A stretch of DNA of 63,996 nt, counting the filler, from Basidiobolus ranarum (Eukaryota), in assembly GCA_040143965.1 (NCBI GenBank). It is 6 parts of 6 records of this genome, joined end to end, with 100 filler letters (N's around TTAATTAATTAA, not from the genome) between each part and the next. Parts side by side here need not be neighbours in the genome. Positions count along the whole stretch, not along the records: positions 21,483 to 32,113 come from JASJQH010000684.1; positions 32,214 to 42,839 come from JASJQH010000685.1; 4 more parts are not named here. One strand, written 5' to 3'. The notes beneath the pieces are model-generated. The model searched no databases, was not told where the DNA came from, and saw only the letters and a program-made list of their open reading frames with translations. The position numbers and the translations under genes were made by a program. The first letter of the stretch is position 1. Each line of letters begins with the position of its first letter. Below are positions 29,062 to 40,991 of this stretch, one piece after another.

Positions 29062-29734
29062 ATTTGCAGTTTCGCTTTAGACTATTACCAGTTACTCGTT
29101 ACTCATAAACAAGGATTAAGAAATAATTAGACAGTCGTTAGTCACGTGCTACAGGAGCATTCATCTTTTTCTATTATTTACAAAAATTTGAATCTAATCA
29201 GGATATGTGTTTAAGTGTAAAATTTGATTTGTGCTTGATTAGTGTGTATGTTTAGGTGGTCCTTCCTTATGTCACAGGGGTATTTGCCGCAATAACTTTA
29301 AATATCTCCGCATTAATGCTGTTGGTACTAAGACTATTTGAGCAAAGCCACCCATAAATAGCTTCGGGAACTTTGGGGGATTTTTTTGAGAATCACTATT
29401 ATTCTCTAGCTACTTGCTCTATATTCATATCGCTAATGATCTATTTGTCTCTTGGCATGCGATCGTTTATTCTCTTCTAAATAGCCTACCTCAACTTTTA
29501 CAGCCTTAATATGTAGTCCTCACCATACTTCATTTTGCAGTATCATTCTAGCTCTCTTTTTATGATCCAAGTGTATGGTCTAATTACTTTGTATTCTATG
29601 GAGGTCATCGGGGTATTTGCCACACTAAATGCTCTGACATGATACCGTGAATAGTACTTGGCTTTTTATCATGTCAATGACTTCTTTATGGTTGCTTTGT
29701 TCTTCACAAACTGTCGTTTATTCATTTTACAGCA

Positions 29735-30316
29735 TCATTGTAGCTTCTTTATTTCTTCTACCTCTTCGACAATGAGTTCTGTGCACCTCGCTACTATTGC
29801 ACTGCTAAAACCATTCTTAATCATTTTTTTTGCAATATGTACTCTTGTTTTTCTTTCTTCAAGTGCTGTGTTTTCATAGACCTCCTCAAGGCTCATTTTT
29901 TTACAGGCCTTCTCAGGGATCGGTTTTATGCAGGCCTTCTTAGGAATCGGTTTTTTACAGACCTCCTCAAGGCTCATTTTTTTACAGGACTCCTCAAGGT
30001 CCTCCAGCATTTTGCGTTTCCTCGACTGTTGCTCCCATATGACTTTTGCTTTGCTGTGTTTTTGTCTTTCCAACCCAGCTAGCATTGACATATCCATTTC
30101 CCTGCGTTTAGCTTCAAATTCTTCTTTGCTCGATCCTGTTTTCTTCCTGAAATCCTCCTCAAATTCCTCAGGAGTTTGCCTCCCAAGGGAATAGCAAATG
30201 AACATCTCAAAGCCACGGCCAAAGACAAGAAAATCACCTTCCGTCAGATTACAGACCTTCATAACCCGTTCTGGTATAGTGATTTGATTCTTCTTTGTGA
30301 TCTTTGCCGTATACAT
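29735..30316 (-). CDS. Bacterial-type protein: AbrB/MazE/SpoVT DNA-binding domain, 9-aa repeats, Rpn-type C-terminal HTH-like domain
   Basis: The N-terminus AKITKKNQITIPERVMKVCNLTEGDFLVF fits the AbrB consensus (K.t.kGQITIP...r..l.l..GD.l.f). The C-terminus RVHIAKKMIKNGFSSAIVARCTELIVEEVEEIKK fits the Rpn tail (EIAK.ML..G.....I...TGL..EE...L). Intronless. Confidence 0.75.
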   Translation of the reverse strand: MYTAKITKKNQITIPERVMKVCNLTEGDFLVFGRGFEMFICYSLGRQTPEEFEEDFRKKTGSSKEEFEAKRREMDMSMLAGLERQKHSKAKVIWEQQSRKRKMLEDLEESCKKMSLEEVCKKPIPKKACIKPIPEKACKKMSLEEVYENTALEERKTRVHIAKKMIKNGFSSAIVARCTELIVEEVEEIKKLQ

Positions 30317-31387
30317 TGTACCTTACGAAGAAAGAGAGTAGGAATACTCAATGCCCCAGCGCATTGCATAAATCCATATATATGTAGAAATAGTCTGTCG
30401 TAAACTTGACCTTTTCTAACATAGGCCAGGCCCTAAATCTCTCACAAATAAAGCGTAAAAGTGTTACTATGGATCGGACAGGTCCCCCCAATTGTCATTT
30501 ATGAAAATCAAAACAAATCGCAATCACCAAGTGTTACTATCTCTACCCTTGTCTTCGCCGCAGCAACATCTATAACTTTACCCTACGTTGTTGGTATCCT
30601 GATCACTCTTAACATCCCATTCGAGGTGCCTGAAATGCACCTCACTTGCCTAAAACATCTTGATTATCGCTACAATCAGTGGATTGTTGTTTGTAGTTGG
30701 TATTCTTGTTCTCTAATAGAATACTTGATCCACCATTCGCTGACTCATAGCAAAGATCCACTTGACAGATTAGATTCATCCGAACTACAGTTTTCAGCAG
30801 GTTTGTTTACATCAATAATTCCATTGATCATTTAGCCATTGCGGCACAATTTGTATTCTTTCTATTCCTACATATAATGTTCAACGTTCAGGCAAATTGT
30901 TGAAATTATGGACCAATATTGGTGATGCTTCAAAAGGACCTTGATAGTGCTTGGTATGCTGGTGTGTGAAGATTTCCTGTCTACATTTAACTCCAGTTAT
31001 TATGAACATCTTCAGCCCATAATCTAGACAAGTCCATAAAGTGTATGAAGAGACCATATTTTCTGCAACCACTTCAGCAGCCTCTGCTTGATATTCAAGA
31101 CTAGATATTACTTGCTCTACATATATTATTTAAACTTTGGAAACAAATGCATATGATACTGACCTAGTCTCACTGAAAGCTTTTCCATAGCAATAGCTGC
31201 TTGCTAAGAACTCTCAGTAGTTCAAAAATCAATGTTGTTTTTAGCCAAGCTAATTGGATGAAGATTGGACTCTTTGTGGAATTTGGATATGAGTTTTAAT
31301 ACAAACTTAATAGTATCCTTTTACAAGTCTTGCCAGTTTCCTCAAAAAGCAAAACAGGCCTGTTCTGCTTGCTGACATACTTTGGAA

Positions 31388-32002
31388 CCCTAACAGAAAT
31401 TTGAGGATTGTTATCATAGGAAAACCATCACACTTTTAATCCATTTGGGATTGGCCATTTACTTACTGTCATAAAATCATCAAGTTGGATTTGATTTTAA
31501 TCAATTTTTTCTGTTTCAGGAGTGAAATTTCAAGATCTTACAAAATAGTTGCACATGATTGGCTACAATCTAGGCAAACTATGGATCAACACATGTGTGA
31601 AGAATGTAACTCAAATTTTACACATATACCACTTGAATGCCAATTTGTCACCTTTAAAGTTCCTAGTTTCTTTGATCCCTAACAAAAATTTGTAGATTGT
31701 TATCATGGGAAAACTATCATAATTTTAATCCATTTGGGATTGACCATTTACTTACCATCATAAAATCATCAAGTTAGATTTGATTTTAATCAATTCTTTC
31801 AGTTTCAGGAGTAAAATTTCAAGATCTTGCAAAATAGTTGTGCATGATTGGCTACAATCTCAGAGAACTGTGAATCAACACATGTGCAAAAAACATAACT
31901 CAAATTTTACACAATCACCACTTTAATGCTAATTTGTCATCTCTGGAATCCCTAGTCTCTTTGATATATTCTCCTGAATATTTTTATAGAGTTCTTCATA
32001 CC
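31388..32002 (+). repeat. Two tandem copies of the CCCTAAC-headed repeat (31388-31676 and 31677-~32002)
   Basis: Both copies start with CCCTAAC and align to 8982-9309; CpG-free. Confidence 0.9.
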
Positions 32003-32213
32003 CAAGGTTTAGCTCATACCCAACACAAGTTTGTATCAATATCTCCATCAAAACCCACCATTGTATTAATGTTGCTGAATCAACATTCTTCCAGCTATCT
32101 GGCAGATACCCTGNNNNNNNNNNNNNNNNNNNNNNNNNNNNNNNNNNNNNNNNNNNNTTAATTAATTAANNNNNNNNNNNNNNNNNNNNNNNNNNNNNNN
32201 NNNNNNNNNNNNN

Positions 32214-32814
32214 TTTCTTCCCTATTTTCTCATTCTCTAAATGAAGTTGGGTATTCGTATCCTCCAAATCAGTGATGTAACGTCTTTTACGATCTCTGGA
32301 TTCTTGGGCTGCTGCTCTGTTACGAATAACTCTGAAATAAAATGTTAGATTATCAGCTCTTTCAATCTATCTAATAATGAAATTACCTCTCTTTAGCCCT
32401 AGCTTCTTTATCGACAACGTCGCTCTTCCGCTTACGGCCAACTTTACTTCCGACTCTCTTTAGGCTAGAAGTAGCTTCTGACTCCGCATTGATTTCAAGC
32501 TTCACTTGATTATCATCTGGACATTCCGGTATAGACATGCCCAAGGAGTTTGATTGGAATGTTACCCGGTGATCATGGGAGGTAACATCTTTGGTGTAAG
32601 ATGATTGGTCAGAGGAGTTGAAGTTGATGCGAGAGAAAGAGGGTGGAGTAGACGGTAGAGAGTTAGTGTCGGAGTCGGAATCGACTGGATTACAGGGGGG
32701 AGAAAATGAAGAGATTTCAAAGAAAAGCTTAGTGTCGACTGTCGCCATGTCCTCAAGCCCTGAAATGGGCACCATTGGTTGCTGAACGGGGAGATTTGAG
32801 GGACGAGAGGACAT
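32214..32814 (-). CDS. HAC1: HAC1/XBP1-like bZIP transcription factor, 3' part lost at the gap
   Basis: RKRKSDVVDKEARAKER|VIRNRAAAQESRDRKRRYITDLE basic region; spliceosomal intron 32332-32386. Confidence 0.7.
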
Positions 32815-34294
32815 GACGACTAGTAGTTCCGATCAATGGTACTAGATTCTAGATACAGTTTGAATGAAAATTGGCGTAGAACTTTTAACCCACGAATGAG
32901 TTGAACTGATTAACTTGCTCACCCAGCGCGACATGGAGTGGTATTTATAATGGCAACTGCCAAGCACCATCAACTCAACATGAATGTCCGCAGATTCCTG
33001 GAAGGAATACTTGATAGGTTCGTGAACGTCTTCAAATGTGGTAAAAAATGATTGGTAGTCGTGAATTCGATATTCTTCGATATTCGTATATCAGTAAGAG
33101 TGCTTCTCAATATTGAGCATTCAGAAATCATCCGGAAATGTATGTCTAACCAATCCTGTGCCACATCATAGTCAAAGTTAATGAGTGAAATTTGGGAATT
33201 TTTCATTGGCTACGCAGTCCAGGTTAATCTGTAAATCGAGGCTAGAGGAATACGGGAGAACATTTTGATTGAATCTAGATATATCACGTCTATTACTGAA
33301 TGCTCTGCAATGCTATTTTGAAGAACAATAGGTTCGGATTGGTCTCTTGAAGCGTCTCTTGACGTTTTTAGTTTATTGAGGGTTAGTTTAATCAAGTTCA
33401 TTAAAATTTTTTGATTTACCATAATTGCATATGAATTCAATCCAAAGATGTGGCATAATTCGTTTTGTCCGGGTAAATTGCAGTAAATCATTTAGGCGGT
33501 TTCAAAAGCTTCCAACAAGCATCTTCTACATCGTGATTACTCTTTTTTCTTATAAAGTTCAAATGGTCTGCGAGTTTTCTTTTCTCTTCTCTGATAGTAG
33601 CGTATTTCCCTTATCGAAGTCAGAGGTAGAGGTTGTTATATGATTTCTCCATCTCCTAGGTAATCCCATTATTATGATATTCCTTAGTCTTCGTGAATAG
33701 TACATTAACGATGATTGATACGTGTTCAAGTTCTACTGATCAAAATACGTAGTTGCTTCACGTTTTCTTTGATTCGGTGGGCCATCGTTTTGTCTTTAGT
33801 ACCATGGTGCACATCAACCTGATCTTCCTCGTGTGACAAGTATATAGTGTGCTTTTTTAGTTGCATCAAGTGCTGACATAGCCAAACTATTTCATTGAAG
33901 GATACTACGTGGCCAAAATCAGTGTGTTTTACCTGATCTTGAAATGCGCTTCCTATAGATGTTATGACAGCCCTTCACACTTTTGTTGAATCGTTTGTTT
34001 TTGTAACAAAAATCTGTCCACAGTATAAGGTTTTATACATGGTTGTGGAGTCTTAAACGAGAAGAAACTGGATTATCTAATTACGTGCTTTATTAATGAA
34101 TTGTACAAACGCGTGTACAATATAATGGTTATACATTATATTCTGATAAGAGTAAACAGGAAAGCACTTCTTGCAGTTACAGTGTAAAATTAATGACCTG
34201 TCAGTTCAACAAAGACAATTTGTTTCAATCATGGATAGGGAAATGGTTTGGATCATACAACTTCTGTACAGACGAAAGTTTGATTTTGTTATAA

Positions 34295-35566
34295 TCAAGC
34301 CTTGGGTGGGTTGTTATAAGCAAGGATGTTGGGTGTCTCTCCTGGAAGTTTTTGCAACACATTCTTGGTACCTGCTTCAATAAGCTTGTTCTTGAGTTCC
34401 TTGGGTGTGATGGTAGAGTTAGATTCGAAGGAGAGCATGTAAGCAAGAAGTCCACAGATATGAGGACTGGCCATGGAGGTACCAGAGATGGTGTTGGTAG
34501 CTACGTTGGAACCGATCCAGGTGGAGGTAATATCTTTACCAGGGGCGAAAATATCAACGCACTTTCCATGGTTGGAGAACCAGGCTCTCTCATCATCAAT
34601 AGCACTAGCACCAACAGTTACCGCGCTTTCGGCTGAAGCAGGAGAGTAGCTGCAAGCATCACGGTTGTCGTTACCAGCAGCGACGGCAAAGTGAACACCG
34701 CTGGCGACAGCAGAGTTGACGGCCTCATTGAGAGCAATACTCTTTCCACCACCAAGACTCATATTAGCAACACTACCCTTGTGCTTCTTACCAGCACGTT
34801 GAGCCTCGAGAACAGCTTGTTGATGAGCAGTAATAACCCAAGTGACACCTTTGACAACATCAGCCATGGTACCAGAACCATTGGAACGAAGAACCTTGAC
34901 AGCAACAATTTTAGCTGACTTGGCAACACCATAACGTTTACCGGCAACAGTACCAGCGCAATGGGTACCATGACCGTTACCGTCCTTATCTTCATCATTG
35001 TCAGGAATGGTAGCACCCCAAGTAGCTCTACCTTCGAAATCTTCATGATCGACATTGACACCAGTGTCTACAATGTAGGCAGTCACGTCATTACCACCAT
35101 TATTGGCATAGAGATACTTGTTGTAAGTACCGAATGAGAGCGCTTCACGGTGAGAGATTCTGGATAGACCCCATGGAGCATTCTTCTGCAAGTCAGAGAT
35201 ATAGACCATGGAATCAGCTTCGATGTAGGCAACATCATCCATCTCTCTAATACGTTCTACCACTTCGGATTGGAAGCGCCCAGCATAACCTCTGAAACCA
35301 TCAGCATCGTAGATATGCTTAATCTGGTTGACTTCAACATCACTCTGAGAGTTTACGTTAGCAACTTGCAAGAATGAAGTCAACCAAGCTTGGTGATTGA
35401 GCAAAGAGTCACGGGAAGTATCCTTGAGAACAACAATGTAGGAGTTGGGAATGATTTCGGCATCCAAGGAACTAATAATGGGGGCACCAGGTTGCTCAAT
35501 ATAGAAAGCAAAAGTAGATGCAGTAGCATAAAGAGTAGCGAAAATGATGTTGGTCTTCCAGGTCAT
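34295..35566 (-). CDS. PRB1: Vacuolar subtilisin-like serine protease (proteinase B-like, S8A) with I9 propeptide
   Basis: Signal peptide, I9 prodomain, APWGLSRISHR, and catalytic motifs VDTG, HGTHCAG, SGTSMASPH. Confidence 0.93.
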   Translation of the reverse strand: MTWKTNIIFATLYATASTFAFYIEQPGAPIISSLDAEIIPNSYIVVLKDTSRDSLLNHQAWLTSFLQVANVNSQSDVEVNQIKHIYDADGFRGYAGRFQSEVVERIREMDDVAYIEADSMVYISDLQKNAPWGLSRISHREALSFGTYNKYLYANNGGNDVTAYIVDTGVNVDHEDFEGRATWGATIPDNDEDKDGNGHGTHCAGTVAGKRYGVAKSAKIVAVKVLRSNGSGTMADVVKGVTWVITAHQQAVLEAQRAGKKHKGSVANMSLGGGKSIALNEAVNSAVASGVHFAVAAGNDNRDACSYSPASAESAVTVGASAIDDERAWFSNHGKCVDIFAPGKDITSTWIGSNVATNTISGTSMASPHICGLLAYMLSFESNSTITPKELKNKLIEAGTKNVLQKLPGETPNILAYNNPPKA

Positions 35567-37862
35567 TTTGTTAGTTTACTACTGCGAAATTAATAAATAG
35601 AGGCAAGGGGACAAGAGGACGAAACCAAGAGAATATGGTAGAGAATGAGGTGTGATCTGAAAAATCCAGACAGAAATGCGATAGGGTTTTATAGTGGGCA
35701 TTTGGGGGGTAATTGGATGATGGAATTCCACCCCATCTAAGGTCTGTGACTTAGTCATGGGATTTGAATTAATTAGGAGTAGATAGGTATGGTTCCTAAA
35801 TAATAACTGCTGCGAAAACAAGAGTAAGACATTATGAGGATGTATATGATCGCGTGATTTAGGAATATTTAGAGCAAAGCGTAAGCGAGCTCCGAACATG
35901 AAGTACCAAGATAGAATTCACCATTCTCATTAGCTCTGCTATCTGAGGATTGTATTGTCACTGTAGCTTTCATTCAAATATACTGCAGCCAAGTAAAGGA
36001 GAGAATACGTAATTGTATATTCGGATTGCATTTGCTGACCATCCTGAAACCCAATCAGGAAAGACGAGGTGAAGGGAGCAAACCAAGTCACTTAAACCTC
36101 AGGACTCGAGTTACACGAGCCAACTATGAAGTTGATGTTTGCTTACAAGCCTAGCATCAAGTTGCTGAGTAGACGGCACTGTCACTATGGGACCAGCCGA
36201 AGTACTCGAAAGTGCCATAGCAAATACGGATATATCTCAGTGGCATTCTGTAAAACAATTGGTGACATTCAAATTTGTTCCAGGAGGTCTGCAACCCCTG
36301 ATCTATTTCTGTCAGATTATCAACCGAACTGTGGATACAATATATACAACTGTTCGACAATAGCCCCGTTCACAGTCCAAATGCCCATCCCAGTGTCTCA
36401 TTGTGCGAAACAACGAAGTAGGGGGAAGGGAGAGGATGCGATAGTGTCGTATTGTGGATATTACTGACATTAGAATACACAATGCTGGCTAGCTACAAGC
36501 GGAGCAGCCAGGGATTGGATGGTATTCGAATCTTGATACCCAAAGAAAGGTCACATTGATCTCAAACAGAGATATCAGCTGGCCAGCAGGCTACAACAAA
36601 CCCACACCCTTGCAAAGTCAGCGCATTCCTTATTACCATATTCAGATGGACTTCGTGTGGATCAGTATTGCGGGCGCTCCCTATTCATATTTCAATGCAT
36701 TAGGTAACCCATCAGAACACTGAATGGAGGCTTACAATGTGAAGCCACGAAACAGCGCTAATCCCGATAGATACATGTATAGTGTGTATACGTAATTCTC
36801 GCCATTTGTCTTTTAATTAGTGACGTTAGAGGCTGATCACCCTAGTTTTGGGTGGAAGAAAATCATCCAATTCCAGAAACCGCTATTTATTATGCATGAA
36901 TTTCCCATCTGCCACACGCAGTGTTCTCGATTGAGCAAAATTACCCCTTGATGGCCATATAAATCGGCATTACTGAGCAGAATTTGGCTTGGTCTTCGTT
37001 GTTACATTCTTAGAAAGAAGCTAGAGTCATTCTAACTTTCCTTAGTACATGATACTATATATATTTGATGTTACCATGATCTGTCATTTATCACAGACAT
37101 ACTACCGTGACACTACGTATCAGATTTGAGGCGAGATACACTCCCTTCAGAGTCAGATTTGTACACTTTTATGCTTGTCGTTAATTCAACGCTCTGAGCA
37201 ACTGGTATCATGACAGTTAGTTTCTCTGCAGTTTTGCTAAAGCCCTACTGTAGATTACCGTCGCACATTCGAGAAAAGGCCTATTTGATCTTGCAGAGAG
37301 ATCTTTCCAACAATCTGAAATTTATGCACCACTTGATATGCCTAATTTTGGCGATTTTAATCCGAATTGCGAAAATCGGAGTTTATTTCTCCAATCGGCA
37401 TGGAGACACCGCATTGTGCATAATACATATTATGGACTTCTTTGTGTCGGACTCTAATGAGTTAATCTAGAAAAGTGGAACGCATAAATCTCGCTTTTAC
37501 GAATAAATTGTATGCAATCGTACCTCTTACAGAGTGTTAACAACAAAGCGTCTGAACGGTTCAATAGAAGGTGTACGATAACGCAAAAAACAAGTAGCAA
37601 TACCTGTTCTTATTGGATGTTGCCAAGTCAGCAATAAACCAAGGCATAACTCGGAACATGCAGAAATTTTACTAATTGCTTATTGGCATTGTCAGTCTGT
37701 ACTATGCCGCCGTATTTGTAAACCTTCATGCTGATTTCCATAAAGTGACTATGACATCCGCCATTCGTATGACGCAAGAACTGTAACTGGATGCTTGTGA
37801 AATACAAAGTTGGATCTGATTATCTGACTCTATTGAAAGTATTAATAGGATTTGTTGTTTGA

Positions 37863-38196
37863 GCTTCCGAGCTGATTTACAAAAATCTCAAAAAGCGTGA
37901 AAAACAAGGGGAACTATTACTACTGGACCTTGATGAGTTCAGGACATTGTCCGTAGGTATCTTTGCGAATTTTATGTATCTTTAAGCATCTTAATTTTTC
38001 TTTTAATTAGGTTTGCTGTGAATGCCATCAAAGAAATTTAAGATACCATAGAGTCCAAGAACGTACCTTTTACAATATATTCTGGAATCGAGACGTGCTT
38101 GCAGCTAAAAATATGATGTTCATTTCAACCCAACTTTAGTCCGGTAATGAACGACCCGATATCTTCTCTCGTCCAACAGGACAACGCGCCATATAG
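37863..38196 (+). pseudogene. Fanzor (eukaryotic TnpB-like RuvC nuclease) 3' fragment with an intron
   Basis: Translation: ASELIYKNLKKREKQGELLLLDLDEFRTLS|intron 37953-38010|VCCECHQRNL...NIFWNRDVLAAKNMMFISTQL*SGNERPDIFSRP. This gives RuvC-II (DE), CxxC and RuvC-III (WNRD..AAKN). In-frame TAG at 38137. Confidence 0.85.
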
Positions 38197-38385
38197 AACG
38201 TGGTTGTTCCTCGCTCTAGCGAGCGAATTTAAAGATTCTTACAGGTAAAGAACATCACTTTGGCCATTGATATCTTGTCTAAACTAATATTTTTTTGTCT
38301 CAATTTTATTTTCATTTCGTCTAAAAATTAATTTTGATTCGTCTAAAAAAAGTACTGACACGTCTAATTTTAGAGTAAAATCCTG
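38197..38385 (+). mobile_element. Putative right end of the Fanzor-carrying transposon, including the candidate omegaRNA region
   Basis: Hairpin CTCGC-TCTA-GCGAG (38210-38223). GTCTAA-like repeats at 38277, 38297, 38319, 38341 and 38362. Terminus ...AAAATCCTG followed by TA. Confidence 0.6.
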
Positions 38386-40022
38386 TAATAGGATTTGTGA
38401 CAGTGAAAGCATGTCACGTACATGTATCTAATAATAAATTATAGTTTGTTATTAGATGTTCTACAATTAACAAATTAAGCACACTTCTAATACCAGTATT
38501 GTCACCTGCATACTGAACGCTCTTTACGAATGACGTCTGTGCTGCCATTTTTGTTAAAGCGAGAGAAAGATCGAAGACAACACTCACAATTCCTTTGGTC
38601 ATGCAGCGCTGATGGTACGCGAGTGAACGGTGAACTCACAAGATGTGAAATAAATTTGGTTATTTTTCTGGTGTATTCATGCTGAATTTCATAAAAATAT
38701 ACACTTCATTGAGCAGATTTTCTCCAGTTTTTGTTCGCTTAACATGTGAGCTAGATGTTCTTTCTTGCTATACAGTTTGGAAACTTATTTGCCGGTGCTG
38801 AGGTTGAACATGTTCAAAATGAAACAACAGCAGGGATTCCTAAGCTCGAATTTTAAAGCTAGGTCATACCACCTGATGATGGTTTCCGTAGAAGTGCTAT
38901 ACTTTCTAGAACGGAGTAGGGGATATCTATCTAAGCAACCTCATTTCTAGCTCATGCTGGGGTAGCGGCTCCGAAGTCACTTCCAGAAATATAGGGAATT
39001 CGGTGGTTCTCCTTCTGAGAAGATCTAATTATTTTAGACGTTTGAAGCTTAACCAGAAAAGGTTGTGATTTCTTGGAGCAAGAGGAAAGGAATTGAGGGG
39101 CATTTACAACCCATATATACCTGAATAAAGAAATCGGAGCTATCTTGGCACGTAAGAATAACTTTATTGATCCACTGGTGTTGGTTCTTGGAATAAATCA
39201 ATAGGTCCGATTTACAGACAAACAAAGAGGTCAATGACTGGCATTGAAGTCGGGTGTGCTACCGCTATCAGACTTTCCAAACTTGGTAACTTCACCTCCA
39301 GACCAACTTTAAAAGCCTTGATCTGAGGCGCAATTTCTGAGTCAGACTCAATCGCGACTAGAATGGGTTCTCTCGAAGCCTACAAGATCTCAATATCTAG
39401 GACTGATTTAAGTGGCTTTCTGTGATGTTAGCCTCACTTCTATCCCATATTGTGCTATTCTCCACTCAAAGCACTAGAAAGCTTGTAGGATATCTCAGAG
39501 GTGGGCTGATTTCCCCAATTTCAGATGATCAATTTAAAGTCTAGTGAGTTTTTAGTGATTCAAAGCAGATAATGGATCCAGAACCACGATAGAAGCCACA
39601 TTAAACTTCACTCACAGCATAGTTGGTGGATTTTGCCTTGATTTGTTTGCCAGATTCTATATCATTAGCACGGCAAAGTCTCTTCATTGAGTGAAATTCT
39701 CCAGATGTCAAGCTTTAATAAGTTTTATGAGCTCAATTGCAGATGATTATTTCGCATTTGACAGATCACCGTCCAATGGAAGAGAGGTTGTACTCAGATA
39801 TTGAGGTGGTGGGGATTTATCTATAAGCTTACTACTGCCATGGACGTAGTAACAAACAAGATAATATCCATGTTATACATTACAGAAAACATGGTTTTAT
39901 AACTTGAAAAGAGAGAATACATTGAGGTAATAGGGTGAAAAGGTGCAAAGTAAAGCAATTCTGAGACTCATATATGAACGTGGATGTTTGTTAAACATGG
40001 TTTGCTTTGAAAATGAGATTAT

Positions 40023-40991
<969 letters not shown>

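Noticed and set aside
29878-29988. CRISPR-like array suggested by the 30-nt repeats
   Set aside because: Only two exact copies, the intervening DNA is itself repetitive and coding in frame, and there are no cas genes.
30881-31387. CpG-poor stretch with a KHYQGPFE peptide resembling a Gypsy integrase GPY/F motif
   Set aside because: Probably a transposon relic, but one short motif is too little to assign a family.
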